This document shows, in pieces, positions 38,876-50,881 of a stretch of DNA of 52,309 bases; within the stretch, counting starts at the first letter, position 1, and each line of letters opens with the position of its first letter. The notes beneath the pieces are model-generated. The model did no database searches. It was given only the letters and a program-made list of their open reading frames with translations, and was not told the DNA's origin. The translations under genes were made by a program, and so were the position numbers. The DNA comes from Octopus bimaculoides. Taxonomy: Eukaryota. The DNA is taken from contig NC_069001.1 in assembly GCF_001194135.2 (NCBI RefSeq), positions 10,346,130-10,398,438 of the forward strand, given 5' to 3'.

Positions 38876-39369
38876 AGTATTTCTGAGCACTTCATCGGTG
38901 TTACATTCCGGTTTTCACAATACTCTGATGCATACGAACATGCACTGAAAACACAGAATTCTCCAAATAAGTACTAACTTGACATTCTACAAATTTTGAT
39001 TCCATTTTTCAGCAACATTTGTAATTACATGTTTTGGCCGTTTCCATATTCCATTCTAATGTTTTCAGATATTGGATTTTTAATGTTCCCTGCGTGCGGA
39101 AACAAGTTTTGTTGCACGAGGAAAAATAATGTGAAGGGTGTTGGATGAGTTTAGATTTATTGAGCGGAATACAAGTGAAGTTTTTTACCTTCTGACAAAT
39201 ATACAAGTTTTTGCTAAATATTCTAATTTTCTGTGGATATACACACAAAAAGTAATATACATATAAGCATGCCTACATATTTTATATACATACACAAACA
39301 TACATTATATAAAAATGCACACATTAGGTATTATACATTCATCATTCATATAATTATAAATATTGGTAC

Positions 39370-39431
<62 letters not shown>

Positions 39432-40300
39432 TCATATACGCATGTGTTCATATCTGTACATACACAGGCACCCGTGTATATATGTATACACAGAGGCACA
39501 ATTACACACACATACATATACATATATGTATACATATACATACATATATGTATACATATACATACATNNNNNNNNNNNNNNNNNNNNNNNNNNNNNNNNN
39601 NNNNNNNNNNNNNNNNNNNNNNNNNNNNNNNNNNNNNNNNNNNNNNNNNNNNNNNNNNNNNNNNNNNATATATATATGTTTATATGTCCCTCCCCTCTGC
39701 TGATAATTTCTTCGAATTATTTACAACGCAGTAATTTTTAGCCAAAGAGCTAAATATGCTTTAGCCTTGGAGCAACAATAACATTCATAGAAAGATTATT
39801 ACTAGACAATATAGCTAATGGAAGTAATGGACTTGTTTCAATATATCCGGAAGTAGGATAAAAGTGTTTGCATGTCTAATGATTCGTTTTTCACTAAATA
39901 ACAAATAATATGAACAGCAAGAAGAAAACAATAATGTGTCCGCCACCACTCTTTTCAATCGTCGAAAAGAGCTGCGAGAATCAGAAAGAACAAGAAGAGG
40001 TTTATTGTGAGCGAAATGGTACTGAAATTGTTGTGGGTTAATAACTATTGCTGGATGGAGAGAGAGAGAGGAAGATATATTTTTTTTCTGTTTTTTCTTT
40101 TTTTTCCATTTTTGTTCCGATATTGGTCAATCAATTAAGCGCTTCACTAATCACCCACAGGCCGTATTAGCACATTTTGCGAATCTGCGTGGGTGTGCGC
40201 ATGTTTTATTGTTGTTTGTTTCCGTGTATGAGCAGAAAATACATACATATACATACACACACACATGTATACATACACGCACACTTTCACGTGTCTATAT

Positions 40301-40334
<34 letters not shown>

Positions 40335-40634
40335 CGATGAGTTACTGTTCTTGTATGGATTATTTGAAAAGTATAATTTTACCCAAATGTTTACAGCTTG
40401 TTTATACTGCAGGTTTTAGTTTTCCTTAAAAGGGAATTTATTCATCGATTTGATGAGGTTCTATCAGAAAAGAATTCTATACTTAATCTAATGAGGAATT
40501 ATTAGCTCACATCTATGCGAGCAAGGTAAGTAGGACTCAGTTAATAAAGTAGGACTCAGTAAGTAATTGCAAGGTAAGTAGGACTCAGTTAAATTAACGA
40601 GCTTAATTTGGTTAAGAAAGGATGTTCTGACATC

Positions 40635-40905
40635 ATGGATTATCTGAGCTGAGAACCCCTTCGGTCATGACTGACCATGGGATTGCACCTAGAAAGTTAC
40701 CCTCCCAGGCACAAGTCCGGCCAGCCCTGTCACACACTGTGTCACGCTGAATCTCTCTGAAATCTTATGCTAAGGGTACACGTGTCTGTCGAGTGCTCAG
40801 CCATTTGCACGGTAATTTCACGAGCAGGCTGTTCCGTTGATTGGATCAACTGGAACTCTCATTGCTATATCGGACGGAGTACCAATCTTGCCAAGTGAGA
40901 AGATA
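40635..40905 (+). mobile_element. Probable fragments of further interspersed repeat(s)
   Basis: GC-richer block (ccttcggtcatgactgaccatgggattgcacctag...gagcaggctgttccgttgattggatcaactggaac) that I recall as an octopus repeat; single copy in this window, so unverified. Confidence 0.3.
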
Positions 40906-41400
40906 AATGTGAACGGTACCGATATGAGAGGTACAGAACACAATGAGAATGTATGTTCTTTAATACACATCTCAATCTCTGCTGATATCGGAAAATTATC
41001 TTGGGAAAACTTCAGATCGCAAACACCCTGAATCAGGAATAGTCAAAAAATAGGATGAGAAAGCTTGTACAGCATTTAATTTAGTATTATAAAGTAGAAT
41101 GTGAACAAATAACAACTAAAAACCATACCATCGTTAACTACTCTCTAAACCTCCGAAATAAAATGAAAGATTTTACGTCGGAATAGGGAAAATTAACCTT
41201 TAAATAAATGTAGAAAATATATGTGAAAGCTGGTAGCATGATTTGCTAATTGTTATACAAAATGAATTCTTTGGTCACTAGTAAAGCTTGATCCAGAACA
41301 AATTATCAGTAATCTCTCAAACGAGGCCCTCCCATCTTATTTTCGGATATAGAGTGTTCACTTCTACACTACGCAATGTGCTAATCGAGAAATATTTATT

Positions 41401-41698
41401 TATGCGCCCTTTTTTAAAGCCTATCCAGGCTCATGGGCCCGGCTTCCCGGTTTGTGGCGTATGTGTTACTTCCAGCTGGACGGGACTCCAGTCCATCGCA
41501 GCGTTGATCAAGAAACAGGAAGAAAGAGTGAGAGAAAGTTGTGGCGAAAGGGTACAACAGGGTTCGGCACCACCTCACTCCTGCTGGAGCCTCGTGGAGC
41601 TTAAAGTGTTTTCGCTCAATAAACACTCACAATGCTCGGTCTAGGAATCGAAACCGCGATCCTCCGACTGCCCTAACCACTGGGCCATTGCGCCTCCA
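41401..41698 (-). mobile_element. SINE family C (V-domain-like)
   Basis: Minus strand tggaggcgcaatggcccagtggttagggcag...gcggtttcgattcc...gctgcgatggactggagtcccgtccagctgg. Confidence 0.9.
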
Positions 41699-42286
41699 CA
41701 ATCGAGAAATGTGCTGATCGAGAGAGATTTTGTTGCTATTTCTAGCAGGCAGTGAACGAGGAAGCAAAGTCTTCATCACAACGTCATTCAGACGTAGGAT
41801 CCAATTGTATTTCTCTATTGAAAAATTACCATGTCACGAAAAAATCAGAATCAATTATGGTAAATAAAAATTAATCATGACACGTAAGTCGATAAAGCTT
41901 TCTGATGATTTGTCACAGCAGGGTATCCTCAACAATTAAAAGGAAATTGAGATTTTTCCTGTTTAGAGAATCAATCAGACGAACACCTGTCAATTCTGTT
42001 GCTGAAGCAGGACAGAATGATACCTCAGGATGCAAACTCATTGACGACAACTCCAATGTCAAAGTAGAATTTAGATTGACACAACAGTCGTGTCAAAGAG
42101 ACGGTGTGTTCATTGGGAAGCGTTCCCTCGAAATCTGACCAATGATACAAGAAATCTCTGAACTGAAAGACATGATGGAAAGTATCGATCTACAGTCAAG
42201 TTACGGTTGCAATCTCAATTAACTAAAAGATATTGATACACACGAGAGCTTCCTCACAGTTCCTGTTTATCATATTCACTGATACA

Positions 42287-42505
42287 AGGCGGTGAGCTGG
42301 TAGAATTGTTATCACGGTGGACGAAATGCTTAGCGGTATTTCGCGCGTCGCTACGTTCTGAGTTCAAATTTCGCTTATGTCGACGAGGCCTTTCATAGTT
42401 TCGGGGTCGATGTATTAAGTATCCGTGAAACACTGGGAACGATATATACGACTAATCTCCTCCCACAAAATTTCAGGTATTGTGCCTTTAGAAGAAAGGA
42501 TTAAA
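42287..42505 (+). mobile_element. SINE family A
   Basis: aggcggtgagctggtagaattgtta...gaaatgcttagcggtatttcg...gagttcaaattt...cggggtcgat. Confidence 0.88.
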
Positions 42506-42510
42506 TTCAC

Positions 42511-42545
<35 letters not shown>

Positions 42546-42627
42546 TGTGTGTGTGTGTGTGTAAAAGTTTGAGTGTCTGCGCTTGCGTATTGCCTGTGAC
42601 GTCAGGGTCTATGTATGTATAATCTTA

Positions 42628-42825
42628 TATAAAAATATTCTTTTCTACTCTAAGCACAAGGCCTGAAATTTTGGGGAGGGGTCCAATGGATTAGATCGAC
42701 CCCAGTACGCAACTGGTACTTAATTTATCAATCCCGAAAGGATGAAAGGCAAAGTCGACCTCGGCGTAATTTGAACTCAGAACGTAAACACAGACGAAAC
42801 AACGCTAAGCATTTCGCCCGACGTG
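42628..42825 (-). mobile_element. SINE family A, 5'-truncated, unit 1 of tandem pair
   Basis: Nearly the same extent as 42831-43027. Confidence 0.9.
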
Positions 42826-42830
42826 ATACT

Positions 42831-43027
42831 TATAAATATTCTTTTCTACTCTAGGCACAGGGCCTGAAATTTTGGGGGAGGAGTCCAGTCGATTAGATCG
42901 AAACCAGTACCCAACTGGTACTTAATTTATCGACCCCAAACGGATGGAAAACAAAGTCGACCTCGGCGGAATTTGAACTCAGAGCGTAAAGACAGACGAA
43001 ACACCGCTAAGCATTTCACCCGACATG
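42831..43027 (-). mobile_element. SINE family A, 5'-truncated, unit 2 of tandem pair
   Basis: Same start (tataaatattcttttctactcta) and end (cccgacatg) as unit 1. Confidence 0.9.
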
Positions 43028-43221
43028 CCACGTATATAATGAATATTGCATATACACTGCTGTAGCATGGGAATTTGGTGGAAATAACGCCAATATTATA
43101 TCATCCGGTTGTAAAACGAATGCTGATATTCGGCATATAATATATCTTATATAATAGCGATTACAATATCTTTAATTAATCGAGATTGCAACCGTATCTT
43201 GTCTGTAGGCGTAGAATAGCT

Positions 43222-43283
43222 CCACTGAGGGGATGCGAACCGCTGATCGTTTCAGTCTGATGCCTTTATCGATTAAACGACCT
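43222..43283 (-). mobile_element. Degenerate tRNA-like head (old SINE or tRNA pseudogene)
   Basis: Minus strand ggtcgtttaatcgataaaggcatcagactgaaacgatcagcggttcgcatcccc has A-box and GGTTCG B-box relics; no complete cloverleaf. Confidence 0.4.
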
Positions 43284-44233
43284 ACCAGTAGCAACTAGAA
43301 CGTAGAAGCTAATGGAAACCAATATTTGAATAATTAAAAAGAAATTAGAAATAATATCGCAAACATTGTTGATAGACTGTTTCATCATGAGCTGGTTGAG
43401 TAGCAATCTAATTGGTAAAATATATGATGTAGTAGTAGTAGCAGTGATGGTGGTGGTTTTGGTGGTGCTGGTGGTGTAGGTAGCTAGTGGTAAAGTTCTT
43501 CATTCGATTAAAATAGTTTGTCAACAAATATAAAGACTATTTATTGACAATCATTGTTTTCTAATGCAACATTAAATATTATTTGATATTGACTTAATGT
43601 AAATCATACATTCACTCTTTAATTCATTGTAAATAATAATTGATGTGGGGGGGGGAAGCGTTCTGCTTTGTCTTCCTTGGTATTTTTTGTTTTTATTTTT
43701 CGTGTTTTTTTTCTTTTTTGGCTCTACAGTGAAGTCTTAATTTGCCGCTAAAGAGTTTAATTACAATACAAATTATTGTTATAAGATCCCACACAAATAC
43801 ATATACATATATATATATATATATATANNNNNNNNNNNNNNNNNNNNNNNNNNNNNNNNNNNNNNNNNNNNNNNNNNNNNNNNNNNNNNNNNNNNNNNNN
43901 NNNNNNNNNNNNNNNNNNNNNNNNNNNNNNNNNNNNNNNNNNNNNNNNNNNNNNNNNNNNNNNNNNNNNNNNNNNNNNNNNNNNNNNNNNNNNNNNNNNN
44001 NNNNNNNNNNNNNNNNNNNNNNNNNNNNNNNNNNNNNNNNNNNNNNNNNNNNNNNNNNNNNNNNNNNNNNNNNNNNNNNNNNNNNNNNNNNNNNNNNNNN
44101 NNNNNNNNNNNNNNNNNNNNNNNNNNNNNNNNNNNNNNNNNNNNNNNNNNNNNNNNNNNNNNNNNNNNNNNNNNNNNNNNNNNNNNNNNNNNNNNNNNNN
44201 NNNNNNNNNNNNNNNNNNNNNNNNNNNNNNNNN

Positions 44234-44301
<68 letters not shown>

Positions 44302-45010
44302 TTATATAAATATATATAGCTATACAAACATTTATGTGTATGTACATATGTGTGTGTATGTGTATATATATATAGATATATATGTATATACAGATATATA
44401 TATATACGTATATATATGCATGTATGTATGTATGTATGTGTATATGAATATACATGTGTGTATTTGTGAATTTGTGCACGTCTGTATGACTCGGTGATTG
44501 GCCGAGTGAGCGTCGATATACATGTGAATGTGCGCACGTGCACGCGCGTTTATGTATTCGTAAAGACAACTGGATCCACAATTTAAAAAAAATATATGAC
44601 TGAATGAGATAAAACACGTAATATTTTTCAGCTTATTGAATTACAGCTTGCAAACTGTCATATTGATTTAGTTCATATAACCTCATCACACAAGGGTACA
44701 TAGATAGAGACATCTTTGTCTCAGCTTTATATGGCGATTTCTTTACTTGATGGGGGAAAAGAGAAGTAAGAAAAGAAGGGCAAAATGGGCAACCCAAGCA
44801 AAAACGAAAAAAGAAAAGGAAAGTTTAGTGGAAGACTATTAGCGGACGCTGCCTACATGTTGCTTAAATTTAAAAATTTTACGTTAATTTAACTGTTATA
44901 GAAATCAGTTAATTCACAATGCAAGGGTAGATAACTTCGCGTAGATATAATGAAGACTATTTTATAGATTTATGGTTAAATCGAAACATTATTATGTAAT
45001 TACAGAAGCC

Positions 45011-45215
45011 GGCGAGTTGGCAGAATCATTAGCAGGCCGGGCGAAATGCCTAGCTGTATTTCGCCTGCCGCTACGTTTTGAGTTCAAATTCCGCCGAGGT
45101 CGACTTTGCCTTTCTGGGTCGATGAAATAAGTACCAGTTACGCGCTGGGGTCGAGTAATCGACTGGCCCTCTCCCCACAGAATTTTCAAGGCCTTGTGTC
45201 AAGAGGAGAAAGAAC
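45011..45215 (+). mobile_element. SINE family A
   Basis: ggcgagttggcagaatcattagc...gagttcaaattccgccgaggtcgactttgcc...gtaccagttacgcgctggggtcg. Confidence 0.9.
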
Positions 45216-45330
45216 TATATTATTAAAGTCTATGGAATACAGACAGAACATTTGCCGTGTAAACTCATTGAGCAAGGTGTTATATATTTATATGTATTAT
45301 ATTTATAATATTATTATTATTATTATTATT

Positions 45331-45618
45331 TATGTGCCCTTTTTAAAGCCTAGTCAGGTTTCATGGATTCTATGGTGTATGTGCCTCTCCCCGCTAACTG
45401 GACGGGACGCCAGGCCATCGCAGAGTTACTCAAGAAACAGGAAGAAAGAGTGAGAGAAAGTTGGGACGAAAGAGTACAACAGGGGTCGCCTCCCCACCCT
45501 GCCGAATTCTCGTGGAGCTTTTAGGTGTTTTCGCTCAATAAACATACACAACGCTCGGTCTGGGAATCGAAACCGCGATCCTCCGACCGCAAGTCCACTG
45601 CCCTAACTGCGCCTCCAC
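45331..45618 (-). mobile_element. SINE family C (V-domain-like)
   Basis: Homologous to 41401-41698; ctggacgggacgccaggccatcgcag core. Confidence 0.88.
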
Positions 45619-45927
45619 TTATTTATAATAAATAGTATCTAGTAAATTATAATTTTCCCTCATTAATAATCACGTATTGCTGAATTCGTGATTATTAATG
45701 AGGAAGAATTTTACACACATCAGTATCTCCGAACGTCGGACAGAATTCATTGGAAAAATTTCTTCCAAACACTTAGGTTCCGAGGTCAAATTTACTTTAC
45801 ATCTGCCAAGTAGCGATAAAATGCCAATGAAAACACTGAATGGATGTAATTAAATGTCATCCACCCTCACAAAATCTCTGACGCATTTAAGAAAACGTTA
45901 TTTAAGGAAGAGTTCCAGAATTATTAT

Positions 45928-46231
45928 TACGCGAGTGAGTCAAAAAGTAATGCCATTTTGTTTAGGAGAAGTATAATTACCAACACAGGAACATGTATCA
46001 TACACCAAAATGAAGCTGATCATCTGTGAATCACATCCCTACTTCTCAACATAGTCACCGTTTCTCTCGATAGCAATGTTCCACCTTCAAATGAGAGCAT
46101 GTATCCCTGCCCCGTAAAATTCGCTGACTGTTCTTTGAGCCACTTCTTTAATGCAGTTTTCACTTCCTCGTCACTGGACTATCACCTGTTCGGTCCCATG
46201 AAAGAGGTTGTGAGAGGCAAACATTATTCCA
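45928..46231 (-). mobile_element. Mariner (DD34D) transposon 3' end with TIR and transposase relic, containing a micro-inversion
   Basis: TIR-like tacgcgagtgagtcaaaaagtaatgcc; minus strand SDEEVKTALKKWLKEQS..; plus strand DYHLFGPMKEVVRGKHYS (YSPDLAPSDYHLF motif region). Confidence 0.85.
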
Positions 46232-46703
46232 ATGTGTGTGTGTATGTATATATATATATATATATNNNNNNNNNNNNNNNNNNNNNNNNNNNNNNNNNNN
46301 NNNNNNNNNNNNNNNNNNNNNNNNNNNNNNNNNNNNNNNNNNNNNNNNNNNNNNNNNNNNNNNNNNNNNNNNNNNNNNNNNNNNNNNNNNNNNNNNNNNN
46401 NNNNNNNNNNNNNNNNNNNNNNNNNNNNNNNNNNNNNNNNNNNNNNNNNNNNNNNNNNNNNNNNNNNNNNNNNNNNNNNNNNNNNNNNNNNNNNNNNNNN
46501 NNNNNNNNNNNNNNNNNNNNNNNNNNNNNNNNNNNNNNNNNNNNNNNNNNNNNNNNNNNNNNNNNNNNNNNNNNNNNNNNNNNNNNNNNNNNNNNNNNNN
46601 NNNNNNNNNNNNNNNNNNNNNNNNNNNNNNNNNNNNNNNNNNNNNNNNNNNNNNNNNNNNNNNNNNNNNNNNNNNNNNNNNNNNNNNNNNNNNNNNNNNN
46701 NNN

Positions 46704-46772
<69 letters not shown>

Positions 46773-47416
46773 TGTTTGATGTATGTGCGTTGTTTGTGTA
46801 TGTATTCCTGTCCATTTGTGTATACATATATTTGAGCTATTCAGGCAAAAGAACGAGAGCAGAAAACTGGCTGCATTTTAAAGGAACTATTGCGTGATAT
46901 TAGTTCCTCCCAAGTTGGTGAAACACTCCATTTTGATTCAAGCAATAATACATAACACAATCATTACGTATTGGAAACATGCCATTAAAGATACACACCT
47001 GACGAAAATCAGATATAAATCGACAACAACAACAACAAGAGAAAATGCCAACAAAATAAACTACAGCAGCTGTGAGAGAAGAGGCGAAGAAATTTTGACA
47101 GAAGATCATAAGTCTGGTCTTCATTACTCATTTCATCTTCATAGTAGCGTGTTGTTTTTGGACAACTTTGAAATAGGCTGGACAAAGAATGTTATGCTGC
47201 GAAACACCGTCATTTGCTTGTCTCGCAGTTGATTTAAGTCCATGGGTATAAAGTATTTGTGCCACACAGAGACGTACAAAAAATTCATATAACAAACTCC
47301 TGTTATTTATTTGTTTCTCTTCGCCCCTATCGCTTTCTATTTCTTAATTTATTATCTCTATTAGTCAACAGAAGGCGTTTAATTACGCCTTAGTCGATCT
47401 GATAGGTTTCTACTAA

Positions 47417-47476
<60 letters not shown>

Positions 47477-48112
47477 CATGTGTCAGCATGTGTGTGTATG
47501 TATGTGTAGTGTATAATTATTGAATTACATGAAAATATATTACGACATACGCTCGTATAGAGATACATACGTATAAAGGCGTGTGTTTCAATATAGAGTA
47601 CAAAAGACAACGGCAACAGAGAGACAAAGATAGAGAAAGAGATATATAGAGAGAGAGAGAGAGAAATACAGAGAGGTGAAGAGGAATGGAGAGAGATGTA
47701 ATCAGTGCCATAAAGTATATGTCACAGTTTTGGTATAGAATTATCATATGTATCAGCAGAATATGATTGTCATCTTTCGTGTAATAAATAGATTTTGTGC
47801 TCAGTCTGGAGATGGGAGAGCTAGATAGATAATAAATAAATTGAATTATTAAAATAATTAATTTTATGATAACACATCAACGTCTCATTATATATGTATA
47901 TACATACACACATACATGTCTCAGTGTGTATGTGTGTGTGCATATAAATTATATATTTGTGTGTGCATATATATATATACATACGTACATTAATTGGTAT
48001 TGATTTGAAAACGCTAAATAATATACATTCGCGGACGTGCGAATATTATTGTCGTGTATATAATGCGAGCGTGCACGCGTGTGATTGTGTGTGTGTTCGT
48101 GTGCATGCATGC

Positions 48113-48150
<38 letters not shown>

Positions 48151-48334
48151 TCGTGTGCATGCATGCATATATAGATATATATATATATACATACATGATA
48201 CACACACACGAAGGGAGAAAGACGGGGGGAGGCGGTAATGCAGGAGGTGTCTTAATTGTCGCCCGCTGGTGCATCTTACGCCAATGTGACGGGTGTGCGT
48301 GTGCATATATATATGTATGTATGTATACATGCAC

Positions 48335-48403
<69 letters not shown>

Positions 48404-48414
48404 NNNNNNNNNNT

Positions 48415-48565
48415 AAATATATATATATATATGTACGAATATATAAATATATATATATATGTACGAATATATAAATATATATATATATGTACGAATATAT
48501 AAATATATATATATATGTACGAATATATAAATATATATATATATGTACGAATATATAAATATATA
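48415..48565. repeat. ~26-28 bp minisatellite (TA)n-TGTACGAATATATAAA, 5 units
   Basis: Directly visible next to gap. Confidence 0.9.
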
Positions 48566-49339
48566 TACGTATATATATGTATACTCATGAAGATATGTAT
48601 GAGTTTGCATTTGTTTAAATGTTTCTCCATGTACACACATACATACATACATACATGCATCTGGAAGTGCGTGTTCGTGTGTAATATATATATATGCATG
48701 TGTATGTGTGTTTGTGTGTGCATGTGTGTGTATCGTATGTGTATAAATATAGCAGCGGTTGTATACGGTTGCCAATGATAGTTCAGCCGATCAATAAATA
48801 AGCTTTATCAATATGCATACTTGACACATAACATAATGGTGTAGAAATGTTTTATTTTTCAGACGATGGGAAGCTGGTTGGGGATGAGTAGAGATGAGAA
48901 AATAAGTGTTTGAAGTTAATTGCACCTAGCAGTGAAACTCATTATACTTTCTAGAGAACATTTACTTAACCGTAAGGTAAACTAAACAATAGCGCGGACG
49001 GCGATGGCCTCTTGCACCAAATGAAGCCAAAGATCTGGGCACTTTTTTAAAAATGTTTTCTTCCTTTTTATTTTATTTTATTTTCATTTTGTTTTACTTC
49101 ATTATTTATTTATCTATTTATTTTGCCACGCAATCCAGCGTTGGTAAGCGAGTAATTTTTACTTAGAGATCCAGGTTCATTAAGGTTTGTAAATAGGAAG
49201 ATACACACATACACACACATATATATATATATATTTGTATGTATTTACGTAGGTACGGTACCTATTTATATATATGTATACAAATGTATTTATGTATGCA
49301 TGAATACATACACACATATATATATGTACACATACATAA

Positions 49340-49418
<79 letters not shown>

Positions 49419-49700
49419 AATATATATATNNNNNNNNNNNNNNNNNNNNNNNNNNNNNNNNNNNNNNNNNNNNNNNNNNNNNNNNNNNNNNNNNNNNNNN
49501 NNNNNNNNNNNNNNNNNNNNNNNNNNNNNNNNNNNNNNNNNNNNNNNNNNNNNNNNNNNNNNNNNNNNNNNNNNNNNNNNNNNNNNNNNNNNNNNNNNNN
49601 NNNNNNNNNNNNNNNNNNNNNNNNNNNNNNNNNNNNNNNNNNNNNNNNNNNNNNNNNNNNNNNNNNNNNNNNNNNNNNNNNNNNNNNNNNNNNNNNNNNN

Positions 49701-49865
49701 TAAAGACATATATACACACACAAAGACATATATACACACATAAAGACATATATACACACATAAAGACATATATACACACATAAAGACATATATACACACA
49801 TAAAGACATATACACACATAAAGACATATATACACACATAAAGACATATATACACACAAAGACAT
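49701..49865. repeat. 20 bp minisatellite TAAAGACATATATACACACA, ~8 units
   Basis: Directly visible next to gap. Confidence 0.95.
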
Positions 49866-50516
49866 ATATATATATATATGTCTGCTTCTGTGTGTGTGTG
49901 TGTGTGTGTGTGTGTTTATGTCTGCTTCTGTGTGTGTGTGTTTGTGTGTATGTGCGCGTCGTGTGTGTAAACTAAAATCATCAGCGAGATATTTGCAAGC
50001 AAACATCAGAGTTACATCGCTCGCTTTCAGATTTCAGATCTGCAAGAGCCGAGCCGAGCCGAGTTAAGCCGGCCTCATCAATCATTTTAGATTGATTGCT
50101 TCAATTTTGTGTCCTGTCACAAGACTTTCCAATCATGATTGATTGATCTCTGAGCTCATTCTATCATGTTTTTCCTTTCTGCGTTTCTTTATTCTTACTT
50201 CTCTGCAATGATTATTACAATATATATATTTTTTTCTTTCCTTTTTATTTTTTTTTTTTATTATTGCTTTCCGTGCTTTTCGTTTTTTAGTGGTGCGCTA
50301 TTTTCTCACAAATCTGTAGCCGAAACAGCTGAGAGTAATAATAGTTGAGTGCACAACATAACGTAGAGAGAAAATAATGTGTGTAAACAAGAAGTGACAC
50401 CGTTGTGTGGTGAGACGGATTTGTAAAGGCTTTAATATGTTTTTGTGTAATTCATCTCACAACTCATATCTGCTCGTATCTCTGTTTGTCTGTCTTCTGT
50501 TTCTGTGTGCGCATTG

Positions 50517-50592
<76 letters not shown>

Positions 50593-50599
50593 GTCTTAT

Positions 50600-50700
50600 G
50601 TTTTTTTCTTCTTGCTAGTTTAAACTGCGGCCCTTCTGGGGCGCCGCCTTGAAGAATTCTTAGTCGAATTAATCAACACTAGTACTGATATATTTTTTTC
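50600..50700 (-). mobile_element. SINE family B tail
   Basis: aactgcggcccttctggggcgccgccttgaagaatt..tagtcga. Confidence 0.65.
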
Positions 50701-50831
50701 TAAGCTAAATACGTTTTCTATCTGTCACGGGTGACAAACACACACAGAGATACACATATACATTCATACATACGTACACACATGTATGTATGTATGTATA
50801 TATATATATACATAAATATATATATATATAC

Positions 50832-50862
<31 letters not shown>

Positions 50863-50881
50863 AATATATATATATACATAT

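Noticed and set aside
41905-42138. 77-aa ORF with an acceptor-like TTTAG at 41962-41966
   Set aside because: No recognisable domain; better explained as non-coding motif-rich sequence
43222-43283. Functional tRNA gene (also SINE heads)
   Set aside because: A/B boxes only; no complete cloverleaf or acceptor stem
46894-47232. 112-aa ORF
   Set aside because: Starts at GTG, includes an (ACA)n run, no domain motifs
48941-48975. AG...AAG|GTAAAC 22-nt microexon candidate
   Set aside because: Not a multiple of 3, weak donor, no supporting context
49701-49865. Regular 20 bp repeat as possible CRISPR array (likewise 48415-48565, 8655-8754)
   Set aside because: No unique spacers, no cas genes, eukaryotic context
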